This document shows positions 1 through 13,300 of a stretch of DNA of 64,000 nt, piece after piece. Where the stretch lies: positions 71,816 through 135,815 of the forward strand of contig JAUCBJ010008464.1 in assembly GCA_032718475.1 (NCBI GenBank), written 5' to 3'. The stretch's first letter is position 1. Each line of letters opens with the position of its first letter. The stretch comes from Nemertoderma westbladi. Taxonomy: Eukaryota; Animalia; Xenacoelomorpha. The notes under the pieces were generated by a model that worked only from the letters and a program-made list of their open reading frames with translations, was not told the DNA's origin and did not search any database. A program made the position numbers and the translations under genes.

Positions 1-141
1 ACTATTGATATAATGTCATTATCCCTGCAAACCACCAACGTTAATCTAACGTTGGGTTTATGTTAGACATTCGTTAAAAAATGACAGTTAGAATTTAACC
101 ATAAACCTACGTTAAAATACGTTAGAATTCTGTCAATTTTT

Positions 142-330
142 AACGTTAATTTTTTACAGTAATTATACGTCAAAAATTTACAAATATCGGACAATACCAT
201 ATTTTTTAACGTTACTTTAACGTTAATTTTTAACGTTAATTTTTTACAGTAATTATACGTTAAAAATCAACAGAGATCTGACATTTCCAAATTTTTTAAC
301 GTTGATTTAACGTTAATTTTTAACGTTCAT
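142..330. repeat. Degenerate ~91-bp tandem repeat rich in TTAACGTT
   Basis: aacgttaatttttt(t)acagtaattatacgt recurs at ~142 and ~232, with many TTAACGTT(AA) palindromes. Confidence 0.5.
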
Positions 331-696
331 TATTAACGTTAATTTAGCATTAAAATACATCAGATTTTAACGATGATTAGTGAATCACTTAACTGATTCA
401 TCAATGGATAACATATCTATGTCTAGCTGACCATCCGCTGACTTTGTTCATTTCTTATTTTGTTAAATTTTTATGATACTTGTGTAATTTTTTAAATATT
501 ATTTTTAAATATTTGCCTTACTAGTCAGCATCTGTGTACCAGTACCAAGCGTACAGTATAAAAGTACAGTAAGTAAGCGTACGGTAGAAAAAGGGTGGAA
601 AGAAGGATCTAGACGATGCTAGTGGGGCTGCAGCCGATAGCGAAGATGAATGAATATTATATATCGATAAAAACTTGGCCCTAATTACGTTACGGA

Positions 697-1361
697 TAAC
701 TTTATGAAACTGGATGTACGTTTCGGTTAACTTTATGAAACTGGATGTACGTTTCGGTTAACTTTATGAAACTGGATGTACGTTTCGGTTAACTTTATGA
801 AAGTGGATGTACGTTTCGGTTAACTTTATGAAACTGGATGTACGTTTCGGTTAACTTTATGAAAGTGGATGTACGTTTCGGTTAACTTTATGAAACTGGA
901 TGTACGTTTCGGTTAACTTTATGAAAGTGGATGTACGTTTCGGTTAACTTTATGAAAGTGGATGTACGTTTCGGTTAACTTTATGAAAGTGGATGTACGT
1001 TTCGGTTAACTTTATGAAACTGGATGTACGTTTCGGTTAACTTTATGAAAGTGGATGTACGTTTCGGTTAACTTTATGAAACTGGATGTACGTTTCGGTT
1101 AACTTTATGAAACTGGATGTACGTTTCGGTTAACTTTATGAAAGTGGATGTACGTTTCGGTTAACTTTATGAAACTGGATGTACGTTTCGGTTAACTTTA
1201 TGAAACTGGATGTACGTTTCGGTTAACTTTATGAAACTGGATGTACGTTTCGGTTAACTTTATGAAAGTGGATGTACGTTTCGGTTAACTTTATGAAACT
1301 GGATGTACGTTTCGGTTAACTTTATGAAACTGGATGTACGTTTCGGTTAACTTTATGAAAC
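697..1361. repeat. 31-bp minisatellite, ~21 near-identical copies
   Basis: Unit taactttatgaaa(c/g)tggatgtacgtttcggt repeated head-to-tail with only one variable position. Confidence 0.97.
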
Positions 1362-1873
1362 GGATGAGTCCGGTAGCAACCTACGGGTCTCTGAACTATA
1401 GATCTAAGCCTCCCATTGATAAATAAAAATTCCACAAATTTCTAATTCCGAATTCCAAAAATTCCACATTTCTAAAGCCTACTTTATAGTGTTATAGAAA
1501 TTAAATTCAGAATTTCATACAAGAAAAAATCATACATAATTATTGATTTTTTCATTGATCAATTACACGAGATTATGAATTTAAGCTTATGGTTTTAACA
1601 CTTGAATTTGTTCAAAATTACATTTCACTGTATGTAACTGGCAATTTGAAAATCTATCGTAATGTGATAATAACGTGTATTATTAATATTATATCTAATA
1701 CATAATTAAAATATATACATAATTATTATATGTAATATTGATTAATCATAAGTAATGTGTTAATTGTGAGTTAATACAATATAATTTTGTCAATATTAAG
1801 TGGCAAAGTTGTCTTCGGCCGTTAGGCCAGGGAAAACATTACGCACAAAGTCTGACGACTTGTTTCCAGATAA

Positions 1874-2387
1874 GGGGGCGTTCATAAAGTATGTCACGCA
1901 CTAGGGGAGGGGGGGGGGGGTAGAGCTTTCGTGACATTTTGTGACAGGTGGGAGGGGGGTGTCGACCTTTGTGACGGTCACGGCGATGCTCTACGGTATG
2001 CTTTAATGTTAGATTGACTTTGACTAACACATTTGTAGATGAGTGGGAAACTTTAAGGAAAAAACAATAAACTCAATAACATTGAATTTAATCCCTAACA
2101 TTAACAGGGCACCCCTGTCTAGTCTGCCTTGTACATGTACAGTATTGTAGTTTGAAGCTGCTAAAGTATGTATAGGCTTTTAGTAAGAACTACTTCAGTC
2201 AAAATGTTTCACTTTCTATTGTGCTTTCTAACTGTTATTAAATTACTGAAATAAAATATTTTTCGTCTAGGGGGGGGGGGGGGGTTATAAATTTACGAAA
2301 ATAGGTTTTTTGTGACAGAAGGGGGGGGGGGGGGGGGGGGGGTCAAAAAAATGGAAAATTTGCGTGACATACTTTATGAACGCCACC
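1874..2387. mobile_element. PIF/Harbinger-type MITE
   Basis: 27-bp TIRs gggggcgttcataaagtatgtcacgca (1874-1900) and tgcgtgacatactttatgaacgccacc (2361-2387), flanked by a TAA target duplication. Confidence 0.85.
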
Positions 2388-2399
2388 TAATTCCACCAT

Positions 2400-2590
2400 A
2401 TTTTTATTCACCAGAGGATACTCCAGTACCCATTAAAGGACGCCCTTGAGAAATGCGCCCTAGCTCGTCCCTTTAAAGCGTTCGTCCTGAAACGAAAACT
2501 CTCCCGACCCCTTTGCGGGGATCGAACCCATGACCTCTGGAGAGATGTTAATTAAAGGCAACGGATTAACACTACACAAACTACAAGGGC
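2400..2590 (-). mobile_element. Probable tRNA-derived SINE
   Basis: Minus strand has a B-box GGGTTCGATCCCC (~2517-2530), a degenerate A-box upstream and an A-rich 3' end; boundaries approximate. Confidence 0.45.
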
Positions 2591-4536
2591 GGGAAGAACA
2601 TAAAAAATGTTAGATTTTTGCTTTATCAAATGTGGCGTCGAATGCTGGACATTGACATTGACATATAGATTATCTATCATTACTAATATCAATATTAATC
2701 ATAACAACACATTTTGATGCTAACAAATACAATAGTATTTGGAATTTCTCTGAATGCTATTTTTAATGCAACCACGGCGACAATAAACCGAGAGGATCAT
2801 AGATTCGAGCTGAGTTTCAGCAGAGTAAGTGCAATACAAAAGACCGCAACTACTTAAATTTATGCAAAAAAACCGTAAGTCAACAAGACTTGCGGTTTTT
2901 TGTCATCAGAATTTAATGAGGATTTCACATCTGGAAATGGCTTGGCGAGATCTGTTGTATGCATTTTCAATAATTACCAGAAGTAGCTCCGATGAGAGAA
3001 AGCTTGTAATTTAACTGATGTTATTAATTCCATTAGTCATCTGAGGTCAACCCACCCTACCCTAACTGTTTAATATGAGAATGCCTTCTTAGGTTGTTTC
3101 GAGTTATCACTGTCTACGGTCTGACCGTCAAGATGTAAATTTAGACAGAGCCAGATAAGATAATAGCAATTGTCTGGAATATGTGATTATTTGACGTTAA
3201 TTAATTGTAAAGATAATTTAAAGATAAATTGTTATAAAGATACTTATTGTACTTATATTACGTAAATTTAATGTTTGAATAAAGTGATTCGTTATTGTGT
3301 TTTAAGAGTAATTTACCGACCATGTCTTTGAATAAAGTTTTAGTGTTATTTAAAACAATTAGAAATAAAGAGAATAAGAGAACAGTATGTGTCAAACTGT
3401 GCAATGAGTATCCAGTACAGTAGAGGCGAAAACTCCGTTGTCTTAATTATTGCAATTTTTATGTTATCAAGTTTGATTTAATTTAATCATTTCATTATTT
3501 TGCTGTAATTTTCTTACAGATATTTGATTGACATTATTTTTGAGTTCTCGGATTTTCAGATGTAGTTATTTCAAAAGCTTATATGTGAAGGTAGTAGACT
3601 GTCTGTGAAATAGGCAAATTCAACGAATTTGTAATTTCATATTTAAGTTAAAGGTCGACACAGATTTTTGCCTCAGGATATTTTCCTACAGTATGTCACT
3701 TTCTTAATAATAATTGTAAGTAAATAAGTTTAAATGGTAACTGGAAGTCAAACAATTATTTTCAATTTTTTTCAAAAAACAAATATTTATTTATTTACAA
3801 CAATTTTATTGACTTTACTTTAATTGACATGTTTTTGATAATCATATGTGATGTTAAACATAGTTTACAACTGTGGTTGATATATAAACCATTCAGCAGC
3901 TTTACTTAACTACGGTAATTACTACTAAAAAACGTGGGAATAAAAAAACTAAAATAATGGATGAACCAGTGATGTGGGTATAGAACAACAATAAGGAAGG
4001 ATTCTATTTATTCATGTACTTCAAAATTATATTTATGTATATATTTTTATTCTTAAATTGTTACCTTTTCTTCCGAATATAACCCAAAATCCTGAGAAAA
4101 TATGTAAAATAATATTTATTTCCTTAGGGAAAAAAAGTAACCCATATGTTTGCAGTAACCCGTATATTTATTTTTCAAAATGATGATTTTAATGCACTTT
4201 CATGCCACGAAATCATGACATTTTCATTTTTGCTAGGTCGCAATGAATAAAATGAAAGGAGTTGGTGATACGCAATCCCGGAATCCCCTTGTAGGACGCC
4301 ACGTAGTTGGCGAATTGTATTCGAGAAACGCACGCCATCGAACACCCGGGAGTAATTATCTAAGAGTTATTTGATGATGTCGTATGTCTTTCCTTTGATA
4401 CCGTTAAAAGTATATTAATCACGTTACACTGAGTAACGGTATCGGTAACTAACTACTAGGCTTACAGTTGATACTGAATTCCTAGACTTGCTTTAACTGT
4501 CATTATAGTAGTAGGCATTCAACTGTAAAATAAATT

Positions 4537-6955
4537 ATGGCTGACACAAAGCAAACACTGTCAGATAGTCTCCTAGAAAGAACAGTCTGCGACTCAGATA
4601 GGAGTGCAGAACATCTGAGACCGAAGTCCAAGTCCCCTCCTACTGTAAGAAAGGTCATCCCTACAGTAGTAGTATCAGACCCTAGGCTAGTAAAGCATCA
4701 TAGGTCTATTATAGGCACTAGATCTCAAGTTAAGCGAGACCAAGAGACGGCTGTTAAACAGCAGCTCAGCACCCGAGCCGAGAACTTATTTCTCAGCGGC
4801 ACGATAACTCTAGTAGTTCAGACACTGAAGAGTTGACGCCCGAGATCGGAGCAAGGATGGCGGAAGCGGTTTATCCAGATCCACTTCTAATTCTTTCTGG
4901 AGCCGTACTCACCAGAGTATTGATCGCTGTGGAGGAACATCAAGCCGATTGGATGAGAAATAAGAGATCGACCAGGGACAGCTATGCAGGATATACGACG
5001 GAGGAACTAAGGTCAATTGTAGAGACGCAATGGAACTTCCCCGGACCCGGACTCCCGTTTAACTTATTGGAAGCTTCCTGGGAGGACTTATACTGAATGG
5101 GAATAGTAAAGGACACTAGAGATCCAGCTGTATGGAAGAGGTCGGCAGCAGGATATGTCCAGGGATTCTTCAGCTTTTTGGAGCGATTAGAGGAACACCT
5201 ATTTCAACAACGCCAAGGACCTCAAGAGTAGGGAGAGCTGCTTTATCAAGTGTGAGAACGAATTTTACGGATCAGACTAATCCTTCCAGCCTTTGAGGAA
5301 GCCTCGAAGAGAAGCCAAGATACGTCGTTGCAAGTGGCTGTAAAGACTTGGTTCCAATGAGTGAGTCTTAAAGTCCAGGGAACGACACAATGGAAAGTTC
5401 AGCTAACTGAGCGCATGACCCACGGAGAATCAACAGATGCTACCTTTTCTCAGGTGGAAGGCGAAGCTACATCCGAGAAACCTCAGAAGAAGGATGCTAT
5501 TGACATCTATCTGTTGGACTATCAACGATTTATAGGTGATAAAGAGCTAAGGAGACGGCTAGCTGGACTTCACCCTAATAGTGAGGGAGCCAAATTTGTG
5601 TTTGACTCGTTAGATGCGGAAATATTAGGCTAAATTGGATGAAAGCATCCTCATCACTATGGAACAGGAAGAACAAATAAAGAAACGACAAATAGAAGAC
5701 CGAAAGTTGGCAGCAGCGGCAGAAGCTGAAAGAAAGGCGGCGGAAGCTGAAATGTCAGCGGCAGCAGCAGCGGCAGCAGCTGAAAGAAAAGCGGCAGTGG
5801 CAGAAGCAGAAAGGAAGGCATCTGAAGCGACTACCCAACTAGAGCTGGAGAACCTTCAGGCGAAACAAGATTACTTAAATAAACAAAGAACAGCTACTCA
5901 GATGCAACTGCTAAGTCGATCCACTCCCAGAAGACAGGGATTTACCTCCTCAGATGAAGGTGATACAACGGATCCTGAGGGTAAAGGTATTCAATCTCAT
6001 TCAAGCGGACGTAGAAGAGCACCACACCGGCAGAAGTTGCCTAATTTGCCTCCAGCGGTGAGAAGGCAACTAGCTAGTGTAGACTTAAGTAATCCTGAGC
6101 CTACAGACCAAATTATTAGAGTAAAAAGACTCCCTACTATAGTAGATGAGCCCGAAATAATTAGGCCTGTCATTGAAGCCACTCCTGTGATAGAGACCCC
6201 TGCACTTCCAGAACCTAACTCTAAATTCCCTTTGCACAGTACTAAACTACCTGTGCCCAGTAGACAAGCACCTGAACCACATCCATTCCTGGACGCTGAG
6301 CAAGACATAAATGACTTGTCTCCCGTCATCCCTACGCGTCACCCAGCTACCATGTTGGCGGCTCCCGCTTCAGCGGTTGAGTGGGTGGACGAGGGACGGC
6401 GGGGGATGAATCAGTTGCTCGGGCAGCTGGAGGACCATAAGAACAGGTCTTTCCAGCAGGTCCGAGAATTGGAAGGGACTGTTCAGCAGTTAAAGGGAAC
6501 AGTGAGAGAGAGTAGGTTAGAGTTGCAAGAAGTACAACAAAGTATCGCTTTAGAGTGCGATAAATTAGTAAATATACAAATGGGTATACCACCACCCCCT
6601 GTAACAATGTGTCAACCTGTTAGGTCTGAAGTATTTCATGCGCAAGGTGTGGAGCCTACACGCATCTATACTGCTAGTGAAGTAGAAACTCCTATAGTCA
6701 ACCCTATTAAGGTTGACAATGATATTCCATATAGACCTGATAATAATCCAAGAAATTTATATACTGATAACTCAATATTAAATAATACGATGGCCCAAGA
6801 AAGTTTTACGTGTCAAATGGCTAGAACTGAGGCCCGTCAAGCGGTAAAGGTGGGAGAGATTGTCAAGTTTAATGGAGATGAGATGAAATGGTTACCTTTT
6901 AATGAATATTATAAAGATAACATACAGAACTCTGTACTATCTAACGGAGAGAAAC
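4537..6955 (+). pseudogene. gag: BEL/Pao gag N-terminal part, with stops and frameshifts
   Basis: ORF fragments 4537-4836, 4833-5096, 5361-5633 and 5635-7005 are collinear with the gag of copies B and C; truncated at KFNGDEMKW...LSNGEKL by fusion to an LTR fragment. Confidence 0.9.
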
Positions 6956-6959
6956 TCTG

Positions 6960-7281
6960 CGGAGGTTTCTGTACAAAAAGCAGGAGAATCGCTCTGATTG
7001 GTTGACCAAACAAAGAAACACCAGAGAACAAGGAAAAAAGCTACACGTGTACAGATCAGCTGTTAGCTGTCGTCATAGTAACTACACTGTTTCAAGAGGA
7101 TTTTGCGTATTGCGACATAGAATTGCTAATTATGTCCGCTAAAGTACACATACAGAAGAAATGGCTTTTTATGTCCACTAAAACACCAGTACAGTAAGGA
7201 TACGGCCTTTTATGCCTGTTAAACCAACTACAGAGTACTTTACGGGGAAAATAACCGGCTAATTCCGCAAAAGCTTTTACA
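6960..7281 (-). repeat. Copy B 3' LTR (U3 part only, truncated)
   Basis: Matches 17540-17861 with about 5 differences; starts TGTAAAAGCTT on the minus strand directly after the PPT. Confidence 0.92.
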
Positions 7282-7307
7282 CCGCTCCCAGAAAATGGGA
7301 TTTTAGT

Positions 7308-8719
7308 CTATAAAATATAAAAAATCACAGTTTCTAAAATAGAAAAATACTTTAAACAGTTAGTCTTTCTTACACGGACGGCGTTTATGCAGTTTTTTGT
7401 GGCTAGCAAGAGTCCTTTTCCCTTTGGGGCGAGCCACTTTACTAGGAGAGCCATAACTCCTGGGTAAAGGGTGCAATACAATTGCATCTGAAGGTTTAGG
7501 GTTACGGTCGATGTCTCGTCCATTTCGATATGCTTCTCCTCGAGCTGATTTTCCTCCGCTTATCATTGGATGCGTTCGTCCAAAACTCTTGCAGAGAATA
7601 GGGTCGTCCAAGTTCGATATCTTCTTAGAGATTCTGAATTTCCTGATCGAATTGAGATAAAGTTAATTCGTTTACCGCTTGGACTTGCTACCGTAATTTA
7701 CGTTTCTCTAAACAATTGTAGGTTCATTTTCCGCTCTTTTGACGAATAGTGTCCAACGCGTTTCGTACAACTCTCTCCTCCGCCTCGGTGACAGGTTGTA
7801 TCGGGTTAAACGGGGACGATGATACGGTTGAATGACGATATTAGATGTCCGCATCCCAATCCGACTAGGTAAGATGGGCGAATATTTAGGGAGCCCACAA
7901 TCGGAGTGCCACCGACTAACTGTTCGGGTAGCACTAGATCTTTGAACAGTGAGTACAGTTCGGGAGGATCCATGATACTATTAGGATCAAGAGTCTGGGT
8001 TCTCACTAGGGAGTGAGGAGGTCTGATCGAGTATTCCGGAACTCGGATCATAGGTTTATTTAAGGATCGTTTGAATCGAGCGAGCGTAGGTGATACATCG
8101 AACAAGTTTCGCTCGAAACTCCCGTAAATATAGCGAGTAAAACCGTGTTTAAAGCAACGTCTCTACGGATGTTTATGTCTTTCCGTTTGTTGGTTGGGTC
8201 TTGGGCATTCATCGTAATAATACCAAAGACACACGTCTTGTAGGGGAAACGCGGGTGATATTTATTCGGTTTTACAACGTTTCTCTCAAGGATTCCAAAT
8301 ATACGTTGGAGTTACCGCGTTTATCTGGTTCTTTAACGTCTTCTCTTTCGAGTCGATTTCGAATAGAATTTTCGCATTCTATTTTCAGTTTATCGTTCCG
8401 ACTCCGCTGGGTGGGATATTTAAATAGTACCATTTCCCTTTTCGGTGTCGAAATCATCCGTATCGTGTAAATCGATAGGATGGCCGGTAGTTAAGAAGTC
8501 CATATACGTACCATTATGATGCGTATAGCGAACGGTGAACTTTCTATAATCCAATTCACGCGTAAGTTGCTCCTGGGACATTGGCGGTTCGATATAACGA
8601 ACATCGTCCTCCGTAGTAGTTGGACCAACGTCACCGCGTATCAAGCTATCGACAAACGCTTGTAAAGGTAGAGTATATCGCTCCCTGATACCAAGATCAT
8701 CTTCTATCAACTCAGACAT
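7308..8719 (-). pseudogene. Accessory ORF3 of copy B (frameshifted, internally deleted)
   Basis: Fragments MSELIEDDLG..., MFDVSPTLARF... and ...KKLHKRRPCKKD are homologous to 24483-26665 and 49095-50584. Confidence 0.8.
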
Positions 8720-10350
8720 ATCTGCTATATGAGTTTATCAATATTATAATGAGTTTACATTTAGGCTAGCGGGCGTCGCTGCCTACCCCTCTCTGCCCCC
8801 GGACAGCGCAAGATCCTCAGCACTGGTGTACTTTCGCCGATGTGCCTATCGCCAACGTCATAGCTGCACAACGACCACAACAACCAGCGCGAGTCACTCC
8901 ACCGTCCGTCCCAAAGGCTTAGATTTACTTCAGGTTCTTACTGGAGAGTTAGGGCTACTTTCACAATTGCGACTCGCTACTGTAAACACACTTTAGTAGT
9001 AACATTCACCTATAAACGCACAAATTCCACACAACTGTCACAAATCGCACACATTCGGGCCATTTGTCCGTTAGTCAGTGCCTTCCAGAATGCCACGTTA
9101 TTATTGGGTATCCTGGGATACTAGCAGTGCGCTATTTATTCCCTATGCTATTCAATGGGCAAGCTTTATTGTTCTTTTAACTCACTTCTAATTCTAGCGT
9201 GGTTGTCGCCATGGTGACATTATGGAAAGCTAGCGGTAGAATTAGGGTAATTCTCATGCATACAGATCTGGGATGCTATTTAATAGTAATTCTTTAATGG
9301 TCAATATCCTCTCTATACATGATTTTATGAATTTTATCGGCTATTGACTACATATTGGAGATTCTCGCAGACTAATACACTTAATAGAGTGAATCTCCGC
9401 TCCCATGATCTATTAATTAAAGGAATTTTGGGAATATTATAAATTGTATAAAAATGACAATTTATTAAATTCATTAAAACATGAATTCAAATTTATTCCC
9501 GTAAATTTTATTATTTAATATTAAATGGACACAATTTTATTCCAGAACATGTCTGGGGACTAGGATCCTTGATTCTAGGAAATTGGTCTTTTTAAGAATA
9601 TAGGTAAGTGCTACGATATCTTAATAGACTAGAATTTTAAAGGATCTAAAATTTGACAGATTTTGTAAATATTAATAATTAATATTTAGGATGGGCACCA
9701 GTTTATTCCAGAACTTGTCTGGGGACGTTAACCACTGATTCTAGAATTTTGTCTTTCAAGTATATCGGTGGGTGCCGCGATATCTTAATCGACTAGAATT
9801 ACAGCTGGTCAAAGGGTTTAACAGATTTATTTTGCGTTATACGCTACTGTTAAAGGGACATCACGCTACTATATGTATTATTTAATATACGTTATGAGAG
9901 CAATATCGCACGAAGCAATGTCAGTGAGAAGAGGCAAGTCGTTTCCAAGGTCTACCCAGAGCTTGGTTTAGCCGAGACACGAGGATCTGAATTTTGCATT
10001 CCTAATACTCTACTTTACGGTACTTGAATATAGTAGGAGCTTTATTGTACTTTAATAAGTACGGATATTTCATCTTACTGTAGTTACGTATTTGTAATCT
10101 AACACGGACAGTAAGGAAAGAGAAAAAGAATTATTTCTCGCCGTCGCTGTAAATATATAATATATAAGTAATTAAGTAATAAACACTAATATATATTGCA
10201 CTAGTCTACTAAATAATCGCTAAAATAACATTCTACTAAATAAAATTAAAGAAAACGATTATAATAAAATTACATAATAATACATACATAAATATAAAAT
10301 AATAAAAACAAATATAAAATAATATAGTCACACACCCACTCCAGACGATG

Positions 10351-13300
10351 TTACGTTGGGGAGTCCCTAGATGTTTGTTGGATTAGGGAGGTGGTCGTGG
10401 GAAGAGTATCTTGCCTTCCATAGTTTCCGGACAGTTCTCGGTCTCTTTCCAGTAAACATAAACGACCAACTGGGCGATTGAGCTGCTGTGTCTCGAAGAC
10501 AATTCCAGGTTTCCTCTTCGTCCTGGAATAGTGACGATAGAAACATCGCTTCAAATACACGACGGCCTTACAAAGCCGATTCCATGATCTATAGTGGTCC
10601 ATCGCTCCCGGCAGGAGAGGTGAGAGTCCCGGCGAGACGTCTGGTGTTCAAGATCTCCAGTCTCTCTCTCTGATCTCCACAACAGATCGGTTCGCGGTGG
10701 GGGAGTTTAGATCCACAGCGTCGTCCCTGGCAATGTGTAATACAGACAGATCTATCACGGGTTTAAATAACCTTGATTTACTCGTCCGGGTTTTAGGTTT
10801 GACTTTCTCCGCTCCCTTGGCTTGTCTAATCTCAGCCGTGGTAAGATGGGGAGGCCATTCATCTTCTTTACTTAGGAAGTCGGGTCCACCTAACCAGTCT
10901 GGAGTATCTGTCAGTTCTTGAGGAGTTGCTTTTCTGGAAGCGATGTCGGCTAGATTAATTGTCTTGGGGCAATGTCTCCATTGATCTACATTGGAGTTAA
11001 TATCGTCATTATCTGAGGAGTATGGTGTTCCCTCAGTTGGATCGTCTACCTCACTGCTCTCCACTTCCCATTCTCTTACTTGATATACCTGTTCTTTCGG
11101 TAATCTTTCCATGAGAGTTCTACGGGAAGGGCCAGTAAAGTACCAACCCACTCTAGTTCTTCCCGCATAAGCTTGTAGTGGTTGCGGTTGAGCAGGCCGT
11201 TTCTCCAATGTCTCGAGCGCTTCATGCGCGTTTTGACCGATGAGTATTTGCACTCCAGGGTAATCGGTGTTGAATCTAGGTATTTCAAGCTGCTGGGTGA
11301 AATCGTCCTCATCCCAGTTATAAGGTTCCACTTGGCTGGTAGCGAAGTTCTTTATCGCCACCATTTTTACTGACCTTATACTATGTTCTCCTAGTTCATC
11401 CTGGGGGGTAGACAACGCACCTACATAATAATCCGCTATTACTGTAGATTTCCAAACCTGCATAATTCCTGACATATTTAGCTTAGTTCGGAACTTGGGT
11501 TGTCCAGCAAAGATGTCTTCGGCTAGTTCTTTTTCGATGAATGTTCCTGTGCTACCGGAGTCAAGGAGGGCGTTCACTATATAACTCCTTTTAGGTCCGT
11601 GGACCCTTAACTGTACTACAGGAAATTCTCGGATTCCTACATTGGAAGTTGGCGCTTTCCAAGATGGTTGTCTGTCAGAAGTAGTTAGGGTGAGGTCGCT
11701 GTCTGTGTCTTTTTCATACGTAAGTGCTCGATACACTGCGGTATTTATCATGTAACAGGATTCATCTTCGTCGGAGAATTCATCCGTATAGAATCCTTCC
11801 ATCTCAGAACTTTGGTCAGTGTCGTTCACATCACTGAATTGGACATGTAGTTCGGAATCACTTACCTGACTCTGGCTGTTTCGCTCGAATTCAGTGTGCA
11901 ACAAGATATGATGTTTCGCACCGCACTTTGCACACCTTGTGTCGGAGTAACAGGTTCGCCGTTGGTGTCCTTGTCTGAGGCAATTATAAAACAACCGCTT
12001 ATCCCACATGACTTCCCGTCTCTCCGTTAATGATTTCTTTAGGAATTCATCACACATATTCAAACGGTGGGTCCCGTCACATAGCACACATTTCGGTTTG
12101 ATGTTACTTACCTTATTTTGAGTAACGTTGTGCACACTCGTTCTTTCTTCGGGCTTTCTTACCTGAATTATCTTAGGAGACGTAGGAGGGGTTTTTCTTA
12201 CCTGTTCTCTCCTGTCATTGGTTCGAGACCTGAATTTACTTACGTCTTTGGGCGTTTTGTTGACATAATAAGATCTTTCAGTGTCTTTCCCGCTGTCCTC
12301 TCCTTGAGAAGCCTGGCTTTCGCCGTCGTCGGTATAACACACTGGTGTTACCTTTCTCCTAGAAACGGATTTCTCACTTACCTTGTTTTCCGGTGTCTTC
12401 TCTCTGGACTGCTTTAGGAGCTGTAATTTCACTTCTCCATCTAAGAATGACATGAGATCAGCCATGGTAGGGTCTCGTCGTTGCTGTTCCATCATATATA
12501 ACACTTTCTTATCCCAGCGTGTACCTACTCCACCCTTCGGTAAAGTAGAGGCCACAGCTCCAATAACCATAGAACTCTGATATTCATGAGACTTACCTAG
12601 CCAATCTAATTATCTACAGATCTCCTGAATCTCATCGGAAAACTCTATAATCCCGCTGCTAATGAATTTTCGGGGCACTACCAATTTTGCATACAAATAC
12701 CTAGCTATGTTATTCCTATTACCATACCTGATGTTTAGGGTATCCCAAACTTGTCTTAATCCATCGGGATGTCCAATAAACTTTAACGCCATTAACTTGG
12801 GAGATCCTTCCAAGCACTCGATGAGGAATCTAAGCTTCTCTCCGTTTGATAGCACAGAGTTCTGTATGTTATCTTTGTAATATTCATTAAAAGGTAACCA
12901 TTTCATCTCATCTCCATTGAACTTGACGATCTCTCCCACCTTTACCGCTTGACGGGCTTCGGTTCTAGCCATTTGACGCGTAAAACTTTCTTGGGCCATC
13001 GTGTTATTTAATATCGAGTTATCGGTATATAAATTTCTCCGATTATTATCAAGTCTATATGGGATATCATTGTCAACAGGTTTATAATTACCCTTAATAG
13101 GGTTTACTATAGGAGTTTCCACTTCGCTAGCAGTATAGATGCGTGTAGGCTCCACACCTTGCGCATGAAATACTTCAGACCTAACAGGTTGACACATTGT
13201 TACAGGGGGTGGTGGTATACCCTTTTGTGTATTTACTAATTTATCGCGTTCTAACGCGATACTTTGCTGCACTTCTTGCAACTCTAACCTACTCTCTCTA

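Noticed and set aside
697-1361. CRISPR-like array
   Set aside because: Repeats are contiguous with no unique spacers, the context is eukaryotic and there are no cas genes.
1361-1395. Hammerhead-like CGGATGAGTCC after the minisatellite
   Set aside because: The core is not CTGATGA and there is no GAAA or stem I.
2865-2902. Terminator-like hairpin AAAAAACCG..CGGTTTTTT
   Set aside because: Eukaryotic context with no associated gene; probably a transposon remnant.
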